From positions 323,246 to 387,245 of the forward strand of contig CAWFYH010000004.1 in assembly GCA_963819985.1 (NCBI GenBank): a stretch of 64,000 nucleotides of DNA, read 5' to 3'. Origin of the DNA: an uncultured Actinomycetota bacterium (GTDB lineage Bacteria; Actinomycetota; Actinomycetes; DATJPE01). A program made the translations under genes and the position numbers. Every line of letters begins with the position of its first letter. Position 1 is the first letter of the stretch. Below are positions 9,079 to 19,260 of the stretch, in pieces. The notes below the pieces were generated by a model that made no database searches, was not told where the DNA came from, and saw only the letters and a program-made list of their open reading frames with translations.

Positions 9079-10344
9079 TTACGCCTCTCGGACTGTCTCG
9101 CGCACCCCATAGCCGGCCACTCGGAGCGCGGCGATGACCTGCACGCAGTGCTCAGCGCTGCGCATCTCCAGCTGCAGGCCGATCTCGACCTCATCCACGC
9201 GCAGGGCGGGATCGGTGCGCAGGTGCTCCACCTCGAGCACGTTGGCGTCGTTGTCGGCGAGCGTGGCCAGCAGCTTGGCCAGATGGCCCGGCCGGTCGGG
9301 GACCCGCACATGCAGGGCCAGGTAACGACCGGCCGCCGCAAGCCCGTGGCGGATCACCCGCAGCAGCAGCACCGGGTCGATGTTTCCTCCGGACAGCACC
9401 GCGACCACGGGGGGCTCGAACGCCTGCGGGTCGTCCATGATCGCAGCCACCGCAGCGGCGCCGGCCGGCTCGACCACGAGCTTGGCGCGCTCGAGGCACA
9501 GGAGCAGTGCGCGGGACAGCGACTCCTCAGAGACCGTACGGACCTCGTCGACGAGCTCGCTCACCAGCGCGAAGGGGACGTCTCCGGGACGCCCTACCGC
9601 GATCCCATCGGCCATGGTGGCCATCTCCGGCAGAGTGACCGGATGACCCACCGACAGTGACGGAGGGTAGGCCGCGGCACTCTCCGCCTGAACGCCGATG
9701 ACACGGATGTCTGGCCGCACGGACTTCACGGCGAGCGCGATGCCGGCAAGCAGACCGCCGCCTCCCGTGCACACGACGATGGTGCGCACGGACGGGCACT
9801 GGTCGATGATCTCCAGTCCAGTGGTCCCCTGGCCCGCCACGATGTCCGGATGATCGAAGGGATGGATCAAGACCGCACCGGTCGACTCGGCGAACTCCGA
9901 CGCCGCTTCGAGGCATTGCTCGATGACCTGGCCTTGGAGGCGCACCTCGGCGCCGTACGCCCGGGTGGCCGCAATCTTGGGGATCGTCGCACCCTCCGGC
10001 ATGAACACGGTCGCCGCGATACCCAGGAGCTGCGACGCGAGTGCCACGCCCTGCGCGTGATTGCCCGCGCTGGCGGCCACTACCCCCCGCGCACGCTCTT
10101 CGGGTGAGAGCCGCGATATCCGGTTGTAGGCCCCGCGGATCTTGAACGACCCCGCCCGCTGGAGGTTCTCGCACTTCAGGTGCACCGGACCACCGACGAC
10201 CTCGCTCAGTGGCCGCGAACCCTCCATGGGAGTGCGTCGCGCGACCCCCTCCAGACGGCTTCGCGCCTCCTCGACGTCACCGAGCGTGGGAGTACGGGGG
10301 GCGGGCTGACTCGGGCTGCACGCGGCGTTGTCCTCGTCGACCAT
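9079..10344 (-). CDS. ilvA: Threonine ammonia-lyase (threonine dehydratase, short form with one ACT-like domain)
   Basis: PLP-lysine motif SFKIRGA, glycine loop GGGGL. 421 aa from the internal ATG at 10344. The 968-aa track ORF is an artefactual upstream extension. Confidence 0.85.
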   Translation of the reverse strand: MVDEDNAACSPSQPAPRTPTLGDVEEARSRLEGVARRTPMEGSRPLSEVVGGPVHLKCENLQRAGSFKIRGAYNRISRLSPEERARGVVAASAGNHAQGVALASQLLGIAATVFMPEGATIPKIAATRAYGAEVRLQGQVIEQCLEAASEFAESTGAVLIHPFDHPDIVAGQGTTGLEIIDQCPSVRTIVVCTGGGGLLAGIALAVKSVRPDIRVIGVQAESAAAYPPSLSVGHPVTLPEMATMADGIAVGRPGDVPFALVSELVDEVRTVSEESLSRALLLCLERAKLVVEPAGAAAVAAIMDDPQAFEPPVVAVLSGGNIDPVLLLRVIRHGLAAAGRYLALHVRVPDRPGHLAKLLATLADNDANVLEVEHLRTDPALRVDEVEIGLQLEMRSAEHCVQVIAALRVAGYGVRETVREA

Positions 10345-10380
10345 GGTGGGAGTCTGACATTGGTGAGACGCTCGGTGGTG

Positions 10381-11796
10381 ATGACTATCCGTCTGGTCAC
10401 GGCCGGCGAGTCGGCTAAGGGCTCCGTGCCGAGCGCCGCTCGCCGCATCCCGCGACCGCCTGGGCCGAACAGCGCCGCGTTCATCGCAGCCATGCTCTCC
10501 GGCCGCGTCGCCCCGCACGGCATGTTCACGAGAGTGGCTCGCGAGCACGGGCGAATCGCTCACATCAGGCTCCCGAACGAGCATCTCTACGTCCTGAGCC
10601 ATCCAGACCTGGTCCGGTCGGTCTTCGTCACGCACGGCCGATCCACGATGAAGGGCCGTGGCATCCAGCAGATGCGGCCGCTCCTGGGCGATGGACTTCT
10701 GACCTCGGAAGGCGAGCTGCACCGGAGGCAGCGCCGCCTCGTGCAGCCGGCCTTCCACCGGCAGCGGATCGCAGGGTACGCCGACACGATGGTTGCCGCG
10801 GCTCTCGAGCGCGGCCAGTCGTGGCAGGACGGCGACCGGGTCGACCTGGCCGCCGAGATGTCCTCGCTGGCGTTGGACATCGTGGGACGCACCCTGTTCG
10901 GCACCGACCTCAGCGATGCTGCCTCCGAGGTCGCCGACGCGCTGACGGCGCTGCTGAACAACTTCCAACGGCGGATGACCGGAGGCGCCGATGGATTGCT
11001 CGACCGACTGCCCACTCGAGCGAATGCCCGGCGTCAGCAAGCCCTCGAGACCCTCGACGCGATCATTGTCCGGCTGATCGCGGCACACCGCGACCAACCC
11101 GAGACGCCCACCGACAACGTGCTCTCGATGTTGCTGTCCGCCCGGGACGAGGAGGGCGACGGCACCGGCATGTCTGACCGTCAGGTCAGAGATGAGGTCA
11201 TGACCCTCGTGCTGGCAGGACACGAGACGACGGCCAACGCTTTGACTTGGGCGTGGTTTCTCATCGGGCGTCATGCAGAGGTTGCTGAGCGCCTGCACGC
11301 CGAGGTCGACATGCTCCAGGCTCGACCGACGCTCGACTCGGTCCGGGCGCTGCCGTGGACCCACGCTGTGGTTGCGGAGACCCTGCGGCTCTACCCACCC
11401 GCCTGGACCATCGGACGTCGGACGACCGAAGACCTTGAGGTCGACGGCTGGACCCTGCCCGCAGGTTCGCTGACCCTGGCCAGCCAATGGGTCCTTCACC
11501 GCGACCCTCGATGGTGGGGGGACGGTGATTCCTTCCGCCCAGACCGCTGGCTCGACGCGGACGGCGCTTTCGACGAGACGGCGCCGGGTCAACCCAAAGG
11601 CGCCTGGTTTCCCTTCGGTCTCGGGGCGCGAGTGTGCATCGGTGAGTCCTTCGCCTGGACGGAGGCCGTACTCGTCCTGGCGACGCTGGCTCGAAGCTGG
11701 GCACCGATCATCATGGCCGACCGTGAGCCAGCCGTACGTCCGGCTGTCACTCTGCGTCCCCGCGACGGGATGCGCGCAGTCCTGCGACAGCGCTGA
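10381..11796 (+). CDS. Cytochrome P450
   Basis: Heme-binding motif FPFGLGARVCIGESFA, AGHETT I-helix, ETLR K-helix motif. Start taken at ATG 10381 (MTIRLV...). Confidence 0.85.
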   Translation: MTIRLVTAGESAKGSVPSAARRIPRPPGPNSAAFIAAMLSGRVAPHGMFTRVAREHGRIAHIRLPNEHLYVLSHPDLVRSVFVTHGRSTMKGRGIQQMRPLLGDGLLTSEGELHRRQRRLVQPAFHRQRIAGYADTMVAAALERGQSWQDGDRVDLAAEMSSLALDIVGRTLFGTDLSDAASEVADALTALLNNFQRRMTGGADGLLDRLPTRANARRQQALETLDAIIVRLIAAHRDQPETPTDNVLSMLLSARDEEGDGTGMSDRQVRDEVMTLVLAGHETTANALTWAWFLIGRHAEVAERLHAEVDMLQARPTLDSVRALPWTHAVVAETLRLYPPAWTIGRRTTEDLEVDGWTLPAGSLTLASQWVLHRDPRWWGDGDSFRPDRWLDADGAFDETAPGQPKGAWFPFGLGARVCIGESFAWTEAVLVLATLARSWAPIIMADREPAVRPAVTLRPRDGMRAVLRQR

Positions 11797-11893
11797 GGCA
11801 CTTGGAGCAGCGGAACGCGACTCGTCATGGACTCGGACGCCGCCCGCTGCCAGGATCGAGCGCAAACCCACCCCCGAGGTCGAGGAGTCGACC

Positions 11894-13444
11894 GTGATCC
11901 ACAGCAGCCCCCTGCCCGACGTCGAGATCCCCGACCGGCCGCTCACGGAATACATCCTCGAGGGAGCCGTGGCGCTGGGCGACAAGCCTGCATTGATCGA
12001 CGGTCCCTCGGGGCGGACGCTGACCTATGCCGAGCTCGACGCTGCCGTGAGGTCGCTGGCTGGCGGTCTCGTGGCCGGTGGGTTCGGCAAAGGCGACATC
12101 GTCGCGCTGATGGCGCCGAACCTGCCGGAGTACGCCGTGGTCTTCCACGGAGTTGCCCTTGCCGGGGGCATCGTGACCACCGTCAACCCGACCTACACCG
12201 CCCGCGAGGTCCGATCGCAGCTGATGGATTCAGGCGCCACGCGGATGGTCACCGTGGCGCCGTTCCTGGACATCGCTGCCGAAGCTGCAGAAGGGACTGC
12301 GGTCACGGAGATCGTCGTGCTCGGCGAGGCCGAGGGGGTCGCCTCGGTGACTTCGTGGTTCGGCCCGCCCCTGACGACCCAGGTCCCCGTCGCTTCCGAC
12401 GACGTGGTGGTGCTGCCGTACTCCTCGGGCACGACTGGCATCAACAAGGGAGTGCTGCTCACCCACCGCAACTTGGTGGCCAATGCAGCGCAGATCTTGG
12501 GTGCTGCGGACATCAGGGGTGACGAGACATTCATCGCCGTCCTGCCGTTCTTCCACATCTATGGCATGGAAGTGCTGATGAACACCGGTCTGAGGGCGGG
12601 AGTCACCATCATCACGATGCCCCGTTTCGATCTCGAGATGTTCCTGAGCCTTCACCAGGAGCACGGGATCACCCGGTCGTTCGTCGCGCCGCCCATCGTC
12701 GTCGCGCTGGCCAAGCACCCCATGGTGGAGAAATTCGACTTGTCCAAGCTCGAGCAAGTGTTCTCCGGAGCTGCTCCCCTGTCGGCCGAGCTCGCGCTCG
12801 AGACGGGCGCGCGACTGAACTGCGAGGTGGTCCAGGGGTACGGCATGACCGAGGCTTCACCCGTCACCCAGCTGACGCCGCCCGGCGGGTTCAAGCCGGG
12901 CTCGGTCGGGGTCACAGCGCCGAACACTGATCTGCGAGTCGTCGACGTTGCGACCGGGGAAGACCTGGGCATTGATGCTGACGGAGAACTTTGGATCCGT
13001 GGACCCCAGATCATGAAGGGCTATCTCAACAACCCAGCGGCAACTGCCGCCACTCTCGACAGAGATGGTTGGTTGCACACCGGCGACATCGGCCGCATCG
13101 ACGCCGACGGTCACGTGTTCATCGTGGACCGACTCAAGGAGCTCATCAAGTCCAGCGGCTTCCAGGTGGCCCCCGCCGAGCTGGAGGGGTTACTTCTGGA
13201 ACACCCCGACGTCGCCGATGCTGCGGTCGTCGGCCGTCCCGACGATGCTCGCGGCGAGGTGCCAGTCGCCTACGTCGTCCTCAAACCGGGAGCCGACGTC
13301 GACGCCGACGATGTGGCTGCGTTCGTCGAGAGCCAGGTCGCGCACTACAAGCGACTGGGCGAGGTGAACTTCGTCGACGCGATCCCGAAGTCGGCGTCGG
13401 GCAAGATCCTGCGACGGATGTTGCGCGACTCCCCAACCAGCTAG
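11894..13444 (+). CDS. AMP-dependent synthetase/ligase (4-coumarate–CoA ligase-like, FadD family)
   Basis: AMP-binding motif LPYSSGTTGINKG, plus GYGMTE and GWLHTGDIG motifs. GTG start at 11894, preceded by GAGGAG. Confidence 0.85.
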   Translation: MIHSSPLPDVEIPDRPLTEYILEGAVALGDKPALIDGPSGRTLTYAELDAAVRSLAGGLVAGGFGKGDIVALMAPNLPEYAVVFHGVALAGGIVTTVNPTYTAREVRSQLMDSGATRMVTVAPFLDIAAEAAEGTAVTEIVVLGEAEGVASVTSWFGPPLTTQVPVASDDVVVLPYSSGTTGINKGVLLTHRNLVANAAQILGAADIRGDETFIAVLPFFHIYGMEVLMNTGLRAGVTIITMPRFDLEMFLSLHQEHGITRSFVAPPIVVALAKHPMVEKFDLSKLEQVFSGAAPLSAELALETGARLNCEVVQGYGMTEASPVTQLTPPGGFKPGSVGVTAPNTDLRVVDVATGEDLGIDADGELWIRGPQIMKGYLNNPAATAATLDRDGWLHTGDIGRIDADGHVFIVDRLKELIKSSGFQVAPAELEGLLLEHPDVADAAVVGRPDDARGEVPVAYVVLKPGADVDADDVAAFVESQVAHYKRLGEVNFVDAIPKSASGKILRRMLRDSPTS

Positions 13445-13792
13445 CTGCTCAGGCGCTGAGGAGTTGTTCGAACGCGGCTTTGACCTCCCGGGTGGTGATG
13501 AACCGGCGCAGCCACGGACGGGCGCACGGGATGTAGGGAAACCTCGCTCGCGGTGTCTGGTCCCGGACTCCTACGTTCCGAGCATGGCTACCAACGCATA
13601 TGCCGCCCTCGTCCTGGGACGAGCTCTCGCCGCGAGCGCGCAGCGCCGCGAGCAGCGACAGCTCGCCCCGCCCGTTCCCTCCAATGCGCCAATGCGTGAG
13701 CGCGCGTGGCGCCGGCTGCCGCGTCGGCGGTGGCGACTGGGCGCCCCGGCGTCGCCGGTCGTCGTACTGGCCGGGGAGGTGCCGGCCGGTCC

Positions 13793-16567
13793 TCAGCCGT
13801 CCACGGCTAGAGTCCCGTCGGCCACCATGGCCGCCAGCTCGCTGCGGGACCGGACGTCGAACTTGCGGTAGATGCGGGTCAGGTGCGCCTCGACGGTGGC
13901 GACACTGATGTAGAGCGCGCTCGCGATCTCGCGGTTGCGCTTGCCCGCGACGAGGAGCCTGACCACGTCAGCCTCGGTTGGCGTGAGCTGGCCGGCGCTG
14001 CGGCCGGGAGCGACCCGCTCGAGCTCGGCGACGGCGCGCGCCTCCCACAGCGCGGCACCCATCTGGGCGAACCGACTGCGGGCATCGGCGAGCGACTCGG
14101 CGGCCCGGCTGCGCCGACCGGCCCGATGCAGGGCCCTGCCGCGCAGCAGCACCGCCCGGGCCGCGTCCGGTCGGTAGCCGAGCTCGTCGAACGAGTCGGC
14201 GGCCTCGGCCAGCTGCGGGATCGCGTCGAGCGGCTCGCCGGATGCGACAAGCAGCGCGCCGGTCGCTCGGCGCTGGGCCGCGTGGACCCACGGGGTGCGC
14301 AGCCGACCGGCCTGCAGGTGGAGCCGTTCGAGCAACTCACGCGCGGCCGGCAGGTCGCCCGCGCCGGCAAGCGCCTCGACGGCGTCGGGCAACACGGGGA
14401 TGGAGCCCGGGTTGGCGAAGCCGCCGGCGTCCAGCAGGGCGGCGGCCTCGGCCAGCTCCCGGGCGGCAGCGAGGGCATCCCCCTCTGACAAGGCCAGCAC
14501 GCCGAGCAGGCCGCGCATCCGCGCCACACCGGGCCGCTCGCCCCGGGCGAGCGCGCGTTCGAGCCGGCTGCCCGCCGCAGCGCGGGCCTCGTCGGCAAGC
14601 CCGAGCCAGGCTGCGACCTGCGCGTGGCGTTGCAGGACCCAGCTCTGCAGGTGGGGGTCTTCGCTGTCGCGGGCCGCCTCCCGCGCCTGCCGGACCAGAT
14701 CTGCGGCGACCACGAGCTCACCCGCGGCGCACTCGACGGACGCGAGGTCGTAGAGGTCGTACAGTCGCCATCGTTCATTGCCCTCGCGGACGGCCTGACC
14801 GAGTTCGGCCTGCAGCTGCTGCCGCGCCCCGCGCAGGTCGCCGGCCCACAGCTGCTGTTCGGCGGCCAGGGTGCGCGGGCCGGCCCACATCGCCGGCCGC
14901 CCCAGCCGGTCCTGCAAAGCCACCGCACGAGCCATCAGGTCGGCGTCGGGATCGCCGGCCAGTGCGCTCATCACGGCTAGCGCGACCACCGCGCTCATCC
15001 GGAACTCGTCGTCGTCACCGCGCTCGGCGATGGTCACCGCCTGCCGGGCGTCGGCGATCCCGGCAGGTAGGTGGCCGCGGAAGATCCCGCGCAGCCAGCC
15101 GAGCTGGTCGAGTACTTCGCCGCGCAACCGGTCGTCGCCGCCGGCTTCGGCCAGGGCCTGCACGAGGAAGGCCTCGCCTCGCGCCAGGTCGTCGTCCTCG
15201 AGCTGGGCGCGTCGCACCAGCACCTCCGCGCGCTGAGGGCCCGCCGGCAGCGACTCGACGAGACCGTCCGCGAGCTGAAGGGCACGGCTCATCTCGCCAG
15301 CGGCGGCGCGGCACGAGATCTCGGTGAGTGCGCGCTGTCGCCGGAGTGAGACCTCGGTCGGCGGTGTTACCCGCAGGCTGTGTCGGGCCAGCTCCGCAGC
15401 GAGCTCGAGGGCCCCGCGCCCGCGGGCGCGGCCGGCGGCGTCGTCCAAAAGCTGCGCCACCTGTTCGTCCGCCGCGTCGGTCGAGAGCGCGAGGTGCTGT
15501 GCGCGCTGGTCCGGGTCCTCGCACCAGTCGGCCAGCGAAGCGTGCAAGATCCGGCGGGCCACCGACGTGGTACCTCCATACACCACCGAGCCGATCATCG
15601 GGTGCGCGAAGCGCACCACGCGGTCGTCCTCGATGACCAGCAGCTCGGCGCGGCTAGCCCGTTCCAGCAGGTCGGCGACATCCTGGCCGGACAGGAACCG
15701 CGATAAGTCCGCCACCGAGATCGGCCCGGCCGCGGCGACGGTACGCAGCAGCGCGAGCAGCGCCTCGGGCAGCGCGTCGATCCGCTCCTCGACCGCCTCG
15801 CGCACTGAGCGCGGAAGGGACACCGACCCCAGCTGCTGGAAGGCCCCCTGATTGTCGACATGGGCGCGGACCAGCTCGATCGCGTAGAGCGGGTTGCCCC
15901 CGGAGATGGCGTGGATGCGGCGCAGCACCGGCCGGGAGATGGACGTGACGACGGTGTCGAGCAGCGCCCGCAGCTCGTCGGGACCGAGCGGTCCGACAGA
16001 CAGAGAGTCGGTCCGGTCGACGCCAATGGTGGCGAGCAGGTCCAGCGGATCGGCAGCACCCGCCCGCAGCGTGGCGAGGAGCGTGACCGGCTCGTCGGCG
16101 AGGCGCCGCAGCGCGTAGCGCAGTGTGGCGGCCGAGGCGGGGTCGAGCCACTGGAGGTCGTCGATCGCGACAACCACAGGTCCGGCGCGCGCCAACCGTC
16201 GGACCTGTTCGAGCACAGCCCGGCCGCGGCGGAACGGGTCGCTACTCGGCCCGAATACGTCCTCCGCACCGTCGAACAAGTCGACCAGCCCGACCAGCGA
16301 CAACGGCATCTCCTCCGCCGCTGCGCGGGTGACCAGCACGGTGCCGCCACACGCGCGGGCGAACGACACTCCGTGCCGCCAGAGGGTCGTCTTGCCGATC
16401 CCCGGGTCGCCGCGCAGCAGCAGCGCACCGAGTCCACCGTCTCGCGATCGTTCCAGGACCTTCTCGACGCGCGCCTTCTCCGCCTCACGCGCGACGACGT
16501 GCGGTTCGCGGATACCGACACTTGGATCGCTGATAGATCCATCTTCGGACCCGGGCCGCGAGCGCAC
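13793..16567 (-). CDS. LAL-family transcriptional regulator (N-terminal AAA ATPase, C-terminal LuxR HTH)
   Basis: Walker A GDPGIGKTTL near the N-terminus. C-terminal LuxR HTH (EADVVRLLVAGKRNREIASALYISVATVEAHLTRIYRKF). The start is uncertain: I chose GTG at 16567 to avoid overlap with the upstream gene; the track ATG is at 16705. Confidence 0.75.
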   Translation of the reverse strand: MRSRPGSEDGSISDPSVGIREPHVVAREAEKARVEKVLERSRDGGLGALLLRGDPGIGKTTLWRHGVSFARACGGTVLVTRAAAEEMPLSLVGLVDLFDGAEDVFGPSSDPFRRGRAVLEQVRRLARAGPVVVAIDDLQWLDPASAATLRYALRRLADEPVTLLATLRAGAADPLDLLATIGVDRTDSLSVGPLGPDELRALLDTVVTSISRPVLRRIHAISGGNPLYAIELVRAHVDNQGAFQQLGSVSLPRSVREAVEERIDALPEALLALLRTVAAAGPISVADLSRFLSGQDVADLLERASRAELLVIEDDRVVRFAHPMIGSVVYGGTTSVARRILHASLADWCEDPDQRAQHLALSTDAADEQVAQLLDDAAGRARGRGALELAAELARHSLRVTPPTEVSLRRQRALTEISCRAAAGEMSRALQLADGLVESLPAGPQRAEVLVRRAQLEDDDLARGEAFLVQALAEAGGDDRLRGEVLDQLGWLRGIFRGHLPAGIADARQAVTIAERGDDDEFRMSAVVALAVMSALAGDPDADLMARAVALQDRLGRPAMWAGPRTLAAEQQLWAGDLRGARQQLQAELGQAVREGNERWRLYDLYDLASVECAAGELVVAADLVRQAREAARDSEDPHLQSWVLQRHAQVAAWLGLADEARAAAGSRLERALARGERPGVARMRGLLGVLALSEGDALAAARELAEAAALLDAGGFANPGSIPVLPDAVEALAGAGDLPAARELLERLHLQAGRLRTPWVHAAQRRATGALLVASGEPLDAIPQLAEAADSFDELGYRPDAARAVLLRGRALHRAGRRSRAAESLADARSRFAQMGAALWEARAVAELERVAPGRSAGQLTPTEADVVRLLVAGKRNREIASALYISVATVEAHLTRIYRKFDVRSRSELAAMVADGTLAVDG

Positions 16568-16647
16568 AACCGACCGAAGCGATCGGAGCGCCCCACGACA
16601 AAGGCGGTATTGCCGAACTACGGGCAGCGACAGGCCCCCCGACCCGG

Positions 16648-17394
16648 TCAGGCGGCGCGGTGGCGTTGGGTGAACTCGATGACTCGCGACCACGCATCGG
16701 CGCATGCCGTCTGATGTTCGGCAAAGCTGCGGTCGAAGAAGGAGTGCGGAGCCCCGTCGTAGACATGCCTCTCACAGGCCAGACCGCGTCCGGACAGTCG
16801 CTCGAGGAGGCCATCGAAGGACGCAGGATCGATGTTGGCATCGGCGCCAGCGAGCAAGACCAGCAACGGCGCACCAACCGACGCCTCGACCTCCTCCACC
16901 GGGCCGACTCGGCCGTAGAAGCCGATTGCCCCGGCCAGGCCCGCGGTGTCTGCCGCCTGCCGCCACGAGTTTCCGCCACCGAAGCAGAATCCGACGGTGA
17001 ACACCGAGCCGACGCCGCCACCGGCCGCTGATCGCAGGTGCTCCGCCGCCGCCCCAGTGTCAGCGGCAATCCCCGCGGGGGAGGTCTGTTGGACGTGCGG
17101 CATGTACTCGAACGTCTCGGAGCGGTCGCCGGTCCCGGCCGTCCGGCCGAAGTAGTCGATCGCCGTGGCGTGAAAGCCCGCTTCGGCGAAGCGAACCGCC
17201 AGATCGCCGTAGTAGGCGTGCAGGCCTCGGACGTCCGGCAGGATCACGACGCCCACGTCGGACGCGCGGCCCGGGTGCGCCTCGTAGGCCATGAGCCGGT
17301 TGCCGTCAGCGGCTTTGAGCTCGAGAGCGCCACGGCTGGCCACCGGGCCGATCCTCGGAGGCGCTGGCGGCCTGCTTTCGTCGCTGTGACACAT
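16648..17394 (-). CDS. Dienelactone hydrolase family protein
   Basis: 248 aa from ATG 17394 (MCHSDESRPP...). DLH-like alpha/beta hydrolase with a GFCFGG nucleophile-elbow motif. Confidence 0.75.
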   Translation of the reverse strand: MCHSDESRPPAPPRIGPVASRGALELKAADGNRLMAYEAHPGRASDVGVVILPDVRGLHAYYGDLAVRFAEAGFHATAIDYFGRTAGTGDRSETFEYMPHVQQTSPAGIAADTGAAAEHLRSAAGGGVGSVFTVGFCFGGGNSWRQAADTAGLAGAIGFYGRVGPVEEVEASVGAPLLVLLAGADANIDPASFDGLLERLSGRGLACERHVYDGAPHSFFDRSFAEHQTACADAWSRVIEFTQRHRAA

Positions 17395-17503
17395 GGTGAA
17401 TGCTCCTCGAGCTCGCCGGCCAAGACGCTCCAAGCGTACGGCCGGCGGCGCGCTCACCGGACGTCGCAACGGTGCCGATAAGGCCGGGACTAGGGTCGAG
17501 CTC

Positions 17504-18127
17504 GTGCACGAACACAAGCGATTCGACGACGAGGCAGCGACGTGGGACGACGACCCCGGCCACGAGAGGCGGCAGGTGGCAGTGGCCCAGGCCATCGCGG
17601 AGACGGTGAACCTCAGCCCCCGGATGCGCGCTCTCGACGTCGGCGGTGGCACAGGTCGGCTGAGCATCTTGCTCGCCGACCGGGTTGGCTCAGTCGTGGT
17701 GACCGACCCCTCCGCTGGGATGGTGCAGGTCGCACGGGAGCGGATCGAGGCGGCCGGGCTCAGTGACCGACTGCATGCTGTCCAGGCAGACCTGACGATC
17801 GACCGGCTCGATGAGAGCTACGACGTGGTGTGGAGCTCCATGGCGTTTCACCACGTGCAGGACCTGGATGAACTCTTGCGGTCCTTAGCGGGGCTCCTCG
17901 TCGACGGTGGTCGGCTCGCCATCGCGGACCTTGAGGAGGATCCCGACGGCGCCTTCCACACCGACATTGTGGACTTTGACGGACATCACGGATTCAACAG
18001 GCAACGCCTTGCCGAGCAGTTGGCCCGCGCCGGCTTCGCCGACGTCAGCTTCGTGGATGCCACGACCATCCTCAAGGGCGACCGCGAGTTCGGCGTGTTT
18101 CTGTGCACAGCGATCAAGGGTGCATGA
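17504..18127 (+). CDS. Class I SAM-dependent methyltransferase
   Basis: SAM-binding motif LDVGGGTGR. Start taken at GTG 17504; the track start at 17393 would overlap the divergent hydrolase gene. Confidence 0.7.
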   Translation: MHEHKRFDDEAATWDDDPGHERRQVAVAQAIAETVNLSPRMRALDVGGGTGRLSILLADRVGSVVVTDPSAGMVQVARERIEAAGLSDRLHAVQADLTIDRLDESYDVVWSSMAFHHVQDLDELLRSLAGLLVDGGRLAIADLEEDPDGAFHTDIVDFDGHHGFNRQRLAEQLARAGFADVSFVDATTILKGDREFGVFLCTAIKGA

Positions 18128-18154
18128 ACCGCACGTGGCGAGGGGCAGGTTCGG

Positions 18155-18745
18155 TTACGTCCGAGGGTCGGCTGGCCCCATTCGGTAGAGGACGTGCCGT
18201 CTCCAGGCGTCACCTGGCTGGGCTCTGGGGTGATCGAACTCCCCGTCGGCATGCATGCCGATGCGCTCCATCACGGCTCGCGACGGCGCATTGGTCACCA
18301 CGGTGAAGGAGACGATCTCTGGCAGCCCGACAACGTCGAAGCCGTACGCCACGGATGCGCGCGCCGCCTCGCTGGCAAGTCCAAGGCCCCACCACTGGGT
18401 TTGCAGGCGCCACCCAACCTCCACGACCGGGTCCTTGTGCTCGAAAGGCACCTCGAAGGTTGGGGAGAGCAGACCGGTAAAGCCGGCAAAGGACGTGGCG
18501 CCGCGCTCACTGTCGAGGACTTCGATGGCCCAAAGGGTGTAGCCGACGCGCTGGTGCAGCTCTTGGAGACGGTCGACGAACGCATCAGAGGCATCAGGTT
18601 GCATGAGCCCCGGGAAATAGCGCATCACGTCTGGGTCGCGATTCATCTCCGCGAAGGGCGCCCGGTCGGTGTCGCGCCACCCGCGAAGGAGCAGCCGCGC
18701 AGTGCGGAGACAGCTTCCAGCGTCCGGGGCATCGCGACGGTCCAT
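18155..18745 (-). CDS. GNAT family N-acetyltransferase (RimL-like)
   Basis: 196 aa from internal ATG 18745 (MDRRDAPDAG..). Acetyltransf_3-like motifs. Confidence 0.75.
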   Translation of the reverse strand: MDRRDAPDAGSCLRTARLLLRGWRDTDRAPFAEMNRDPDVMRYFPGLMQPDASDAFVDRLQELHQRVGYTLWAIEVLDSERGATSFAGFTGLLSPTFEVPFEHKDPVVEVGWRLQTQWWGLGLASEAARASVAYGFDVVGLPEIVSFTVVTNAPSRAVMERIGMHADGEFDHPRAQPGDAWRRHVLYRMGPADPRT

Positions 18746-18836
18746 GGGCGCCACATACTGCCGAAAACTCCCGGACGTCGACAGCCCCCGTCCCGCATCG
18801 GGCGAGCCGTTCCCGACCCAAGAGGAGAATGCGCAC

Positions 18837-19220
18837 ATGCCCATCTCCCTCAACCACACGATCGTGCACGTCAGCGACAAACACGCCTCGGCAGCCTTCT
18901 ACACTGACGTCTTCGGGCTGCCAAAGGCCACCGCATTCGGACCATTCGCAGTCGTCGCCCTGGACAACGGCGCCTCACTAGACCTGGCCGACGATCACGG
19001 CGAGGTGCACCCACAGCACTACGCCTTCCTGGTCGATGACGCGGAGTTCGACCAGATCCTCGACCGGATCCAACGCCGCAGGTTGTCCTACTGGGCAGAC
19101 CCCGGACTGCGCCGACCCGGGACCATCAACCACAACGATGGTGGCAAGGGCGTCTACTGGCTAGATCCGGACGGGCACGTGCTCGAGATCATCACCAGGC
19201 CCTACGGCTCCGGCGCCTGA
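18837..19220 (+). CDS. VOC family protein (glyoxalase / bleomycin-resistance fold)
   Basis: 127 aa from ATG 18837 after an AGGAGAA ribosome-binding site (MPISLNHTIVHV..). Confidence 0.75.
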   Translation: MPISLNHTIVHVSDKHASAAFYTDVFGLPKATAFGPFAVVALDNGASLDLADDHGEVHPQHYAFLVDDAEFDQILDRIQRRRLSYWADPGLRRPGTINHNDGGKGVYWLDPDGHVLEIITRPYGSGA

Positions 19221-19260
19221 CAACCGATTTGCCGGAAGACTGTCCATCCGTTGTACTTGT

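Noticed and set aside
11525-11893. 5' extension of the CoA-ligase ORF (639 aa in the track)
   Set aside because: It overlaps the 3' end of the P450 gene in another frame. Ligase homology begins at GTG 11894, which has its own ribosome-binding site.
9079-11985. 968-aa minus-strand ORF
   Set aside because: Only the C-terminal 421 aa (from ATG 10344) have protein-like threonine-dehydratase homology. The upstream 547 codons are antisense to the P450 gene and have a low-complexity R/P/G-rich composition.
13879-15327. ORFs of 349 aa (minus) and 361 aa (plus), both R/P-rich, inside the LAL regulator locus
   Set aside because: Out-of-frame or antisense to a gene with clear Walker A and LuxR HTH homology. 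Arg/Pro/Ala-dominated composition is typical of GC-rich artefact ORFs.
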